Origin: Paracoccus suum
Lineage (GTDB): Bacteria; Pseudomonadota; Alphaproteobacteria; Rhodobacterales; Rhodobacteraceae
Direction: 5' to 3'
Assembly: GCF_003324675.1 (NCBI RefSeq)
Contig: NZ_CP030918.1
Span: forward strand, 660,001 to 692,000
Length of the DNA stretch: 32,000 nucleotides
Part shown: positions 24,894-32,000 of the stretch, in pieces
How the letters are laid out: the number at the start of each line of letters is the position of its first letter
Numbering within the stretch: the first letter of the stretch is position 1
The notes under the pieces: generated by a model
The model's database searches: none
What the model was told of the DNA's origin: nothing
The model's input: only the letters and a program-made list of their open reading frames with translations
Position numbers and translations under genes: made by a program

Positions 24894-26657
24894 TTAACGG
24901 CCGAACAGGCGTTCGATATCCGCCAGCTTCAGTGTCACGAAGGTCGGGCGACCGTGGTTGCACTGGCCGGCGCGGGGCGTGCGCTCCATCTCGCGCAGCA
25001 GAGCGTTCATCTCGTCACCACTGAGGCGTCGTCCGGCGCGCACGCTGCCGTGGCACGCCATGGAGGAAAGCACCGCCTCGCGTCGGGCAGTAATCCGGGC
25101 GGCGCCGCTGCCGTCGGTCAGATCGTCAGCCAGATCGCGCAGCAGCGCAGCACCGTCCAGCCGCGGGATGGCCGCGGGTACCTCGCGGATGGCCACGGCC
25201 CCCTGCCCGAATGCCTCGATCACCAGACCCAGTTCGGCCAAACTTTCAGCCTCGGCCAACAGTGCGGCGCAGGAATCCGTGGGCAGTTCAACGATCTGCG
25301 GTATCAGCAGACCCTGGCGCGGCACACCGGCGGCCCCCTCGGCCTCGGCCTTCAACCGTTCATACACCAGACGTTCATGCGCCGCATGCTGGTCGACGAT
25401 CACCATGCCCTCGGCGGTCTGGGCGATGATCCAGTTGCCGTGGAGTTGCGCCCGGGCGGCGCCCAGCGGCTGATCGGCGAGCGGCGCATCGGCCTGCGGC
25501 TCGATGCGGGCCTGCGCTTCTGCAAAGCCGGGGGCCAGCGGGGCGGTAGCTTTCAAGGGCGCGCGGGCCATTTCCGGCTCCGGCCGGAATGCCGCCAGCG
25601 TCGCGGCGGCGAGCGGAGCGGAGTTGCGTCTCTGACCGGTGCCTCCCAGCATCCGCCGCAGGGTCGAGACCATCAGCCCGCGCACCGCATCAGGTTCGCG
25701 AAAGCGGACCTCGGTCTTGGCGGGGTGGACGTTGACGTCAACCATCTGGGGCGGGCAGGACAGGTACAGTGCGGCCGCGGGGTGCCGGCCGGCCGACATC
25801 ACGTCCCAATAGCCGGCGCGCAGCGCGCCCGTCAGCAGCTTGTCGCGCACAGGGCGGCCGTTCACGAACAGATGCTGCGCGACCGCCGCACCGCGCGAAT
25901 AGGTCGGCAGCGCGGCCCAGCCTGTCAGCGCCACCCCGTCACGCTCGGCCTCGACCGGCAGCGCGCTGTCGATGAAATCACTGCCCAGAACCCGCGACAG
26001 GCGGGCCGCCAGATCCTCCGCATCGGCGCGAAACAGCATCTGGCCGTCATCGCCCTGCAGCGTGATGGCAATGTCGGGCCGGGACATGGCGAGGCGGCGG
26101 ATCACCTCGGCGATGGCCTGCGTCTCGGCCCGGTCGGTGCGCAGGAACTTGAGCCGCGCGGGGGTGGCAAAGAAAAGATCGCGCAGATCGACGACCGTAC
26201 CGCGATTTGCGGCGGCCGGACGCACGGGACCCGTCAGGCCGCCCTCGGTGGTGATGGTCGCGCCGGCCTCGCCCTCGGCGCGGGTGGTCACGGTCAGCCG
26301 CCCGACGGCGCCCAGCGAGGGCAGCGCCTCGCCGCGAAAGCCGAAGCTGCGTATATTCAGCAGGTCGCTGCCATCGATCTTTGAGGTCGCGTGACGCGCC
26401 AGCGCCAGCGGAAGATCGTCGGGCGCCATGCCGCAGCCATCGTCGCTGACCCGGATCAACCCCTTGCCGCCGCGGGCGATAGTGACTTCGATCCGGCGGG
26501 CCCCGGCGTCGAGCGCATTCTCGACCAGTTCCTTCACAGCCGAGGCCGGCCGCTCGACCACTTCGCCCGCCGCGATACGGTTGGCGGCGGATTCGTCCAG
26601 TTGACGGATCACAGGCCGCGTTGGACCGGGCTGGATGTGGGGGGCCGGACTGTTCAT
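24894..26657 (-). CDS. mutL: DNA mismatch repair protein MutL
   Basis: The GHKL ATPase motif is IRQLDESAANRIAAGEVVERPASAVKELVENALDAGA. The C-terminal endonuclease/dimerisation region contains QHAAHERLVYE and ACHGSVRAGRRL. I trimmed the start to the ATG at 26657. Confidence 0.93.
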   Translation of the reverse strand: MNSPAPHIQPGPTRPVIRQLDESAANRIAAGEVVERPASAVKELVENALDAGARRIEVTIARGGKGLIRVSDDGCGMAPDDLPLALARHATSKIDGSDLLNIRSFGFRGEALPSLGAVGRLTVTTRAEGEAGATITTEGGLTGPVRPAAANRGTVVDLRDLFFATPARLKFLRTDRAETQAIAEVIRRLAMSRPDIAITLQGDDGQMLFRADAEDLAARLSRVLGSDFIDSALPVEAERDGVALTGWAALPTYSRGAAVAQHLFVNGRPVRDKLLTGALRAGYWDVMSAGRHPAAALYLSCPPQMVDVNVHPAKTEVRFREPDAVRGLMVSTLRRMLGGTGQRRNSAPLAAATLAAFRPEPEMARAPLKATAPLAPGFAEAQARIEPQADAPLADQPLGAARAQLHGNWIIAQTAEGMVIVDQHAAHERLVYERLKAEAEGAAGVPRQGLLIPQIVELPTDSCAALLAEAESLAELGLVIEAFGQGAVAIREVPAAIPRLDGAALLRDLADDLTDGSGAARITARREAVLSSMACHGSVRAGRRLSGDEMNALLREMERTPRAGQCNHGRPTFVTLKLADIERLFGR

Positions 26658-26774
26658 GGCCCCATATCTAGCAGAGGCAGGGTCGCCGGGGAAATGATTC
26701 GCCTTACTGAGCGGCAGGGGGAAACTCGTGCGGCCGGCCAAAGGTTATACCCGGACGATTTGAAAGGATATGAG

Positions 26775-26951
26775 ATGAAGACGATCGCCATGATCCTCAC
26801 CGCCGGTCTTGCCTTGAGCGTCGCCGGCTGCGGTCCCAACACCGCCACCCGCGCCACGACAGGCGCAGCGACGGGCGCAGTTGTCGCTGGTCCAGTCGGT
26901 GCGGTTGCGGGCGCCGCGCTGGGCGGAACCGGGGCTGTTCAGGTCAAATAG
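26775..26951 (+). CDS. Small lipoprotein with a glycine-zipper-like tail (58 aa)
   Basis: MKTIAMILTAGLALSVAGC is a lipobox, followed by GAATGAVVAGPVGAVAGAALGG. AGGA lies upstream of the ATG at 26775. It forms the C-terminal part of a longer, implausible track ORF. Confidence 0.5.
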   Translation: MKTIAMILTAGLALSVAGCGPNTATRATTGAATGAVVAGPVGAVAGAALGGTGAVQVK

Positions 26952-26958
26952 ACAAGGG

Positions 26959-26985
26959 CCGGTGGCCCGCGTTTCGGGCCGCCGG
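26959..26985. terminator. Stem-loop between the convergent lipoprotein and M16 genes (possible bidirectional terminator)
   Basis: CCGGTGGCCCG (26959-26969) pairs with CGGGCCGCCGG (26975-26985), giving an 11-bp stem with one G:U pair. The flanking T-tracts are weak. Confidence 0.35.
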
Positions 26986-27002
26986 GATACCGACGGGTGC
27001 TC

Positions 27003-28328
27003 CTAAGGGTTCGTCGAGGTGACACCGTCCGGCTTGCCGACAAGGACGAAACGCAGTTTCTCCGGTTCCAGCAGGCGTTTTGCGACCTTGGCGACATCGT
27101 CCACCCTCACTGCCTCGATCTTCGAATTGCGCGTGTTGACGTATTCGCGTGGCAGACCGACGAGCTGCATTCCGGCGAGGATATCGGCGATCTTGCGGTT
27201 GCCATCAAAACGCAGCGGGTATTCGCCGGTCAGATATGTCTTGGCATCGGCGAGTTCCTTTTCGGTGACGCCATCCGCCAAACGGCCCCATTCGGTTCTG
27301 GCCAGATCAACGGCGGCGCCCGTGTTGGCGTTGGCCGTTGCCATGCCCCCGACCCATAGATCGCCGAACAGCCCGGTCGACAGCGCGGTCGACACGCCAT
27401 AGGTCAGCCCGCGCTTTTCGCGAATCTCGTCGGTCATCCGGCTGGAAAAGCCACCGCCCCCGAGGATGTAGTTGCCAACAAAGGCCGCGAAATATTCCGG
27501 ATCGTCCATCGGAAGGCCGGGCGCGGCGAACTGCACCACGGTCTGCGGGCTGTCCCACGGGATCACGGTGACGCCGCCGGTCAGTTGTGGGCTCGCCGGT
27601 CCCGGCAATGGGGCGCTCGCCTTTTCCGGCAGGCTTCCAAGCACGCGATCCAGCAGCGCGCCCAGATCGGCCGGCGTAATGTCGCCGGCGGCCGCGACGA
27701 CCAGTCGGTCGCGACCCATGACACGCTCGCGCGCGGTGCGCAGATCGTCTGGCGTCAATGTCGCGACCGATTGTGCTGTACCGTTGATCGAGGTGCCATA
27801 GGGGTGGTCGCCCCAGGCGAGATGCGCCAGTTCCTTTTGCGCGATGCTGCCAGGATCGGTAGCCTCGGCACGGATGATGGCCTGCACCTGGCCGCGCACC
27901 CTATCGACAGCAACCGTGTCGAACCGCGGCTTGAACAGCGCCTCGGACAGCAGATCGGCGGCGCCATCGCGAGTGTCGGTCAGCAGCCGGGCGGTGACGG
28001 ATACCGCATCGTCGCTGGCGTTGAAGTTCAGCACCGCGCCGGTTTCCTCGACCGCCTCGGCGAAGGCCACCGCGTCACGCACGCCTGCGCCTTCCTCCAG
28101 CGTGGCAGTCATCAGGTTGACCGCGCCGCGCTTACCCTCGGCATCCATGGACGCGCCGCCCTTGAAAGCCATGCTGAGGGCGGTGAAGGGAATCGAGTGA
28201 TCCTCGACCAGCCAGGCGGTGATCCCGCCGGGCGAGCGCACCTCGTGGATGTCGATGGCACTGGCCTGCAGAGGGGTGAAGGCCAGGAAGGCCGCCGCGA
28301 TGGGGGCGGAGCAAAGGGCGCGGATCAC
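27003..28328 (-). CDS. M16-family peptidase, non-catalytic (beta-like) subunit
   Basis: The signal peptide is (V)IRALCSAPIAAAFLAFTPLQASA. It has the M16 fold but lacks HxxEH (NLMTATLEEG occupies that position). The GTG start overlaps the upstream stop (GTGA at 28325-28328). Confidence 0.85.
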   Translation of the reverse strand: MIRALCSAPIAAAFLAFTPLQASAIDIHEVRSPGGITAWLVEDHSIPFTALSMAFKGGASMDAEGKRGAVNLMTATLEEGAGVRDAVAFAEAVEETGAVLNFNASDDAVSVTARLLTDTRDGAADLLSEALFKPRFDTVAVDRVRGQVQAIIRAEATDPGSIAQKELAHLAWGDHPYGTSINGTAQSVATLTPDDLRTARERVMGRDRLVVAAAGDITPADLGALLDRVLGSLPEKASAPLPGPASPQLTGGVTVIPWDSPQTVVQFAAPGLPMDDPEYFAAFVGNYILGGGGFSSRMTDEIREKRGLTYGVSTALSTGLFGDLWVGGMATANANTGAAVDLARTEWGRLADGVTEKELADAKTYLTGEYPLRFDGNRKIADILAGMQLVGLPREYVNTRNSKIEAVRVDDVAKVAKRLLEPEKLRFVLVGKPDGVTSTNP

Positions 28329-30028
28329 GACGGCACCTCGCTGGAATTCTGGGCTGCCGGCGCGGCCGGATCCTGGGCCGGATTGGGCGCAGGCGCCGGG
28401 ATTGGGGCCGCGGGGGGATCGACGGGGACCGACGGCGGGGCCACGGTCTTGGGCGTGTCGGTCGGGGCCGCACCGTCAGGCGTTGCGGGCGTCGGGACGT
28501 CTGCCGCGCGCGCCTCGGGGGCGACGGCGTCAGGCATTTCCGGCGGCCGGCCATCCGATGCGGGCGGGGTTCCGGCGGGGGCTGGCTCGGTTCGGCCGGG
28601 CGAAGGCGCGGCGCCCTGCGCCTGCGCGGGCGGGACCTCTGCAGGCCCTGCGGCGGGCGGCGCGGGCAGGGGATCAGCACCCGACGCGGCGACCGGGATC
28701 GCCTCGCCCGGCATCAGCCAGCCCGTCACACGGGCCGGGCTGGCGTTCAACTCGGCTGCGCCAAGCCGCACGTCGTCGGCTGTGACGGCCGACAGGATGT
28801 CCGGCCAGTCATTCACATCCTCGACCCTCAGACCGACCGCCAAGCCTTGCCCATATTCGTAGGCGCGGCCATGCGCGCTGTCCTGAGCGTAGATGCGCTG
28901 CGCCTCGATCGCGACGCGCACGCGCGCCATCTCGGCCTCGCTGGGGCCTTCCTGGGCGAACTTCGCCAGCGCCGCGTCCAGCTTTGCCTCGGCATCTTCG
29001 GGAGTGACGCCGTCGGCCGGAACCAGGCTCAGCCCGAACGTGGTGGGGTCAACCGATGTGCCGTCGTAGGAGGCATTGACCGAGAGCGCCGTGCCGCCCA
29101 GCACCAACTCGCGGCCCAGTACCGATGTCTGAGGCGAGCCTGCCAGCACCTCGGCCAAAACCGTCAGCGCCGCGGCGCGGGCCTGATCGCCGCGGTTGCG
29201 TTCCGGCGCGAGGATCGTGCGGATCATTGTCGGCTGCGGCACGCGCGGGTCCGACAAGGTCAGGCGGCGGGGGGTGCGCTGCGGCGGTTCTTGCGGGCGG
29301 GCGGCACGGGCGGTCTCGCCCCGGGCGGGGATGGGGCCATAGAATTTTTCGGCCAGTTCGCGCGCCTTTTGCGGCGTCACGTCGCCCGCCAGCACCAGCA
29401 CCGCATCATTCGGCGCATAATGGGCCTGATACCAGGCGAGCGCATCCTCGCGGGTCAGCCCCTCCATCTCCTGCTTCCAGCCGATCACGGGCCGGCCGTA
29501 GGGGTGGTTCAGATACTGCGCCGCGTCCCGCTCCTCACCGAACTGGCTGCCCGGATCACTGTCGGTGCGCTGCGCGCGCTCTTCGAGAACGACCTGGCGC
29601 TCGGCCTGCCAGTCGTCCTCGCCGATGCGCAGGTTCTGCATCCGGTCGGCTTCCATCTCCATCACCAGCGGTAGCCGGTCCGAGGCAATGCGCTGAAAAT
29701 AGGTGGTGAAATCGGACGAGGTGAAGGCGTTGTCCATGCCGCCATTCTTGGCAACGATCTTGGACAGATCGCCCGCGGCGACCTTGTCGGTGCCCTTGAA
29801 CATCAGGTGTTCCAGGTAATGTGCAATCCCCGATTTGCCGGGCTTTTCGTCCGCCGCGCCGATCTTGTACCAGACCATCTGCACCACCACCGGGGCGCGG
29901 TGATCCTCGATCACGACGGTCTCGAGGCCGTTGGGCAGGGTGAAATGGCTGATGCCCGGGGGCGCGTCCGCCAAGGCCGGCGTGGCGACCGTGGACGCCA
30001 GCAGCAGCGGCGCGAGGGTGTGGCGCAT
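28325..30028 (-). CDS. M16-family zinc peptidase (catalytic, HxxEH) with a ~128-aa Pro/Ala-rich C-terminal extension
   Basis: The signal peptide is MRHTLAPLLLASTVATPALA. The inverted zincin motif is HYLEHLMFKGT. The tail runs PGEAIPVAASGADPLPAPPAAGPAEVPPAQ...PAAPIPAPAPNPAQDPAAPAAQNSSEVPS. Confidence 0.85.
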   Translation of the reverse strand: MRHTLAPLLLASTVATPALADAPPGISHFTLPNGLETVVIEDHRAPVVVQMVWYKIGAADEKPGKSGIAHYLEHLMFKGTDKVAAGDLSKIVAKNGGMDNAFTSSDFTTYFQRIASDRLPLVMEMEADRMQNLRIGEDDWQAERQVVLEERAQRTDSDPGSQFGEERDAAQYLNHPYGRPVIGWKQEMEGLTREDALAWYQAHYAPNDAVLVLAGDVTPQKARELAEKFYGPIPARGETARAARPQEPPQRTPRRLTLSDPRVPQPTMIRTILAPERNRGDQARAAALTVLAEVLAGSPQTSVLGRELVLGGTALSVNASYDGTSVDPTTFGLSLVPADGVTPEDAEAKLDAALAKFAQEGPSEAEMARVRVAIEAQRIYAQDSAHGRAYEYGQGLAVGLRVEDVNDWPDILSAVTADDVRLGAAELNASPARVTGWLMPGEAIPVAASGADPLPAPPAAGPAEVPPAQAQGAAPSPGRTEPAPAGTPPASDGRPPEMPDAVAPEARAADVPTPATPDGAAPTDTPKTVAPPSVPVDPPAAPIPAPAPNPAQDPAAPAAQNSSEVPS

Positions 30029-30124
30029 GGGATGTTCCTTGATCGGGGCCGGTATCGCGCGTGACGGTGCAGCGGGCAGCCGGGGGCCGCAAGGGCGGCT
30101 GGGTCAAACTCGGTTGATCGGGCG

Positions 30125-31348
30125 TCAGCCCTCCGAGGTCTCGCGCGAGGGTCTGCAGTCTGCTGGACCGTGCTCACTGTCCGCGCCGCCGCCAATGGGG
30201 CCGCGGCGGAAAGGGGCATGCCCGGCGAGTTCGTCCATTTCGCCCTGCATCATCTCGCCCTCATCCGTCAGATAATCGGCGAGAGCGGCGCGAAAGCGGC
30301 GATCGGCCACCCAATGCAGCGAATGGGTCGGGACCGGGACATAGCCGCGCGCCAGCTTGTGCCCGCCCTGCGCACCGGCCTCGACCCGAGAAAGGCCATG
30401 CGCGATCGCCCAATCGATGGCCTGGTGATAGCAAAGCTCGAAATGCAGGAACGGATGCTCCTCAATGCAGCCCCAATAGCGGCCGTAAAGGCAGTCAGGC
30501 CCGATGAAGTTCAGCGCTCCGGCGATCGGGCGGCCCTCGCGCTCGGCCAGGATCAGCACGATGTCATCGCGCATCGTCGCTTGCATTTCGTCAAAGAAGG
30601 CACGGGTCAGGTAGGGGTGCCCCCATTTGCGCGCGCCCGTGTCCTGGTAGAACGTCCAGAAGGCATCCCAGTGCGCGGCCTCGATCTGATCTCCGGTCAG
30701 CGCGCGGATGGCGCCGCCAAAGGCCTGCGCCTGCGCGCGCTCCTTGCGCAGGTCCTTGCGCTTGCGCGAACTGAGCCGGCCTAGGAAATCATCGTAGTCG
30801 CGATAGCCGTCGTTCATCCAGTGAAACTGCTGCGTGGTCCGCGCCAGCCAGCCCGCCGCTTCGCCGAGCGCACGCTCCTGGGCGGTGCAAAAGGTGATAT
30901 GTGCGCCGGAAAGGCCCGCCTGATTGGCGACCGACTGAATGGCTTGCAGCAGGCCCGCCTGAACGGCAGGGTCGGCAGCGATCAGGCGTGGACCGGTGGC
31001 TGGGGTGAACGGCACGGCGATCTGCAGCTTTGGGTAATACTCGCCCCCGGCACGCTGATAGGCATCGGCCCAGGCGTGATCGAAGATGTATTCACCCTGG
31101 CTGTGGGTCTTGGCATACATCGGCGCGACCCCGACGACCGCTTCATCCAGCCGCGCGACCAGATGGGCCGGGGTCCAGCCACTGCGGCCGCCGACGGAAC
31201 CCGAGCGTTCCAGCGCGGACAAGAACCGGTGCGTCGTGAATGGGTTATCGCCCGCACCGGTGGCGTCCCATTCGGACGCGTCGATCCCCGACAGGGCGGA
31301 CAGGACCCAGACGGTCAAGGCGGGTGGCTGGGAGGCGGGAAAGGTCAT
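30125..31348 (-). CDS. FemAB-like GNAT-fold protein (DUF482 family)
   Basis: FLSALERSGSVG, YGRYWGCIEEHPFLHFELCYHQAIDWAI and EAGAQGGHKLARGYVPVPTHSLHW match my memory of the conserved DUF482/FemAB_like blocks. I trimmed the start to the ATG at 31348. Confidence 0.72.
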   Translation of the reverse strand: MTFPASQPPALTVWVLSALSGIDASEWDATGAGDNPFTTHRFLSALERSGSVGGRSGWTPAHLVARLDEAVVGVAPMYAKTHSQGEYIFDHAWADAYQRAGGEYYPKLQIAVPFTPATGPRLIAADPAVQAGLLQAIQSVANQAGLSGAHITFCTAQERALGEAAGWLARTTQQFHWMNDGYRDYDDFLGRLSSRKRKDLRKERAQAQAFGGAIRALTGDQIEAAHWDAFWTFYQDTGARKWGHPYLTRAFFDEMQATMRDDIVLILAEREGRPIAGALNFIGPDCLYGRYWGCIEEHPFLHFELCYHQAIDWAIAHGLSRVEAGAQGGHKLARGYVPVPTHSLHWVADRRFRAALADYLTDEGEMMQGEMDELAGHAPFRRGPIGGGADSEHGPADCRPSRETSEG

Positions 31349-31426
31349 CGGGACAGATTTAGGCGGTCCACCCCGCGATACAACCGACTGCGGGGGGTGA
31401 GGTGCCAATCGTAGGCTGGCCGTGCG

Positions 31427-32000
31427 CTAGCTCTGCACGGGTCGGGCCGCATTCGATTTTCGAGAGACCCGTGGCCGCGCTTTCCGGGACACCGCATCGT
31501 CGGGCGGCGGTCTCGTCCGGCCGCCGGCGCCCCCAACCTCGTTGGCCTCCTCATTACGTGGATTCGGCTCGTCTGGTTCAGCAAGCTCTGCTGCGGTGGG
31601 CAAAACCGGAAGTCTCTCCCGTCCAGGACGAACCGCCCCGTTCTGAAACTCGTAAAGATCCCTCACCGTGAGTTCGCCCAAAAGGTTATGGCCGTTCTCC
31701 GCGTGGCGCCGATGCAGGTCCACAATCCGGCGGCAAAGTTCGGGCCTCAGAAAAAGCGATGGAAAGCGGAAATAGTGGACAAAGACGTCGCGCCGGTCTG
31801 GCCGCCAGCCTTTGATGAGACGGTTCCAGCGCCAGTCCAACACGCCAATCCGATCTTCGGCCTGCGCAGAGATCAGCATCAAGGCGGTCTGATCGGCAAA
31901 CGGCCGCTTTGCTGAATCGGGCAAATCCGATTCGAGCACGGCACTCGTGGCGCGCCACCACTCCTCGGGGAAGCCACCATTGACGTCGAACCAGACCACG
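31427..32000 (-). CDS. Hypothetical protein, C-terminal part (probably continues beyond the window end)
   Basis: The reading frame stays open to the window edge and has host-like codon bias. FADQTALMLI...LDWRWNRL is faintly reminiscent of nucleotide-sugar transferase folds. The tail is basic and low-complexity. Confidence 0.45.
   Translation of the reverse strand, partial: VVWFDVNGGFPEEWWRATSAVLESDLPDSAKRPFADQTALMLISAQAEDRIGVLDWRWNRLIKGWRPDRRDVFVHYFRFPSLFLRPELCRRIVDLHRRHAENGHNLLGELTVRDLYEFQNGAVRPGRERLPVLPTAAELAEPDEPNPRNEEANEVGGAGGRTRPPPDDAVSRKARPRVSRKSNAARPVQS

Noticed and set aside
28132-28785. Alternative-frame ORFs (28132..28680 on the minus strand, 28219..28785 on the plus strand) across the Pro/Ala-rich region.
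   Set aside because: These are frame-shifted readings of the same GC-rich low-complexity DNA. The M16 frame is continuous with a recognisable catalytic domain and is coupled to the downstream gene.

Overview
This is a high-GC (roughly 65-68% by eye) alphaproteobacterial chromosomal segment. It is most consistent with Rhodobacterales, because it carries regB divergent from senC-regA-hvrA in the arrangement known from Rhodobacter capsulatus. Content from left to right:
- the 5' end of an amidase (-), a 57-codon ORF missing from the track (-), and a ~470-nt AT-rich non-coding island;
- an L-carnitine catabolic module: a GlxA/AraC regulator divergent from a BKACE-type dehydrocarnitine cleavage enzyme plus an L-carnitine dehydrogenase fused to a hotdog thioesterase, then a second GlxA/AraC regulator and an orphan betaine/carnitine-type binding protein;
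- tRNA-Ala(CGC), trxC, a small orphan protein and a YHYH-Excalibur secreted protein;
- the glycine cleavage operon gcvT-gcvH-(VOC)-gcvP behind a tandem glycine riboswitch;
- a co-directional string of nitronate-monooxygenase-like gene, aroQ, MFS transporter and GT2, followed by an SDR;
- a short BLUF photoreceptor, hvrA-regA-senC, regB and an output-less multi-PAS membrane protein;
- a PQQ sugar dehydrogenase, mutL, a tiny lipoprotein, an M16 peptidase pair, a FemAB-like GNAT (DUF482) and a truncated ORF.
I saw no CRISPR array, transposase, integrase, phage structural gene or recognisable defence gene, so this reads as core genome rather than an accessory island. The best candidates for something undescribed are regulatory: the BLUF gene and the output-less PAS protein that flank the Reg locus, and a few unexplained non-coding structures. 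All of these are hypotheses that need database and experimental checks. Many ORFs in the track begin at GTG or TTG rendered as M, and I trimmed several starts on that basis.
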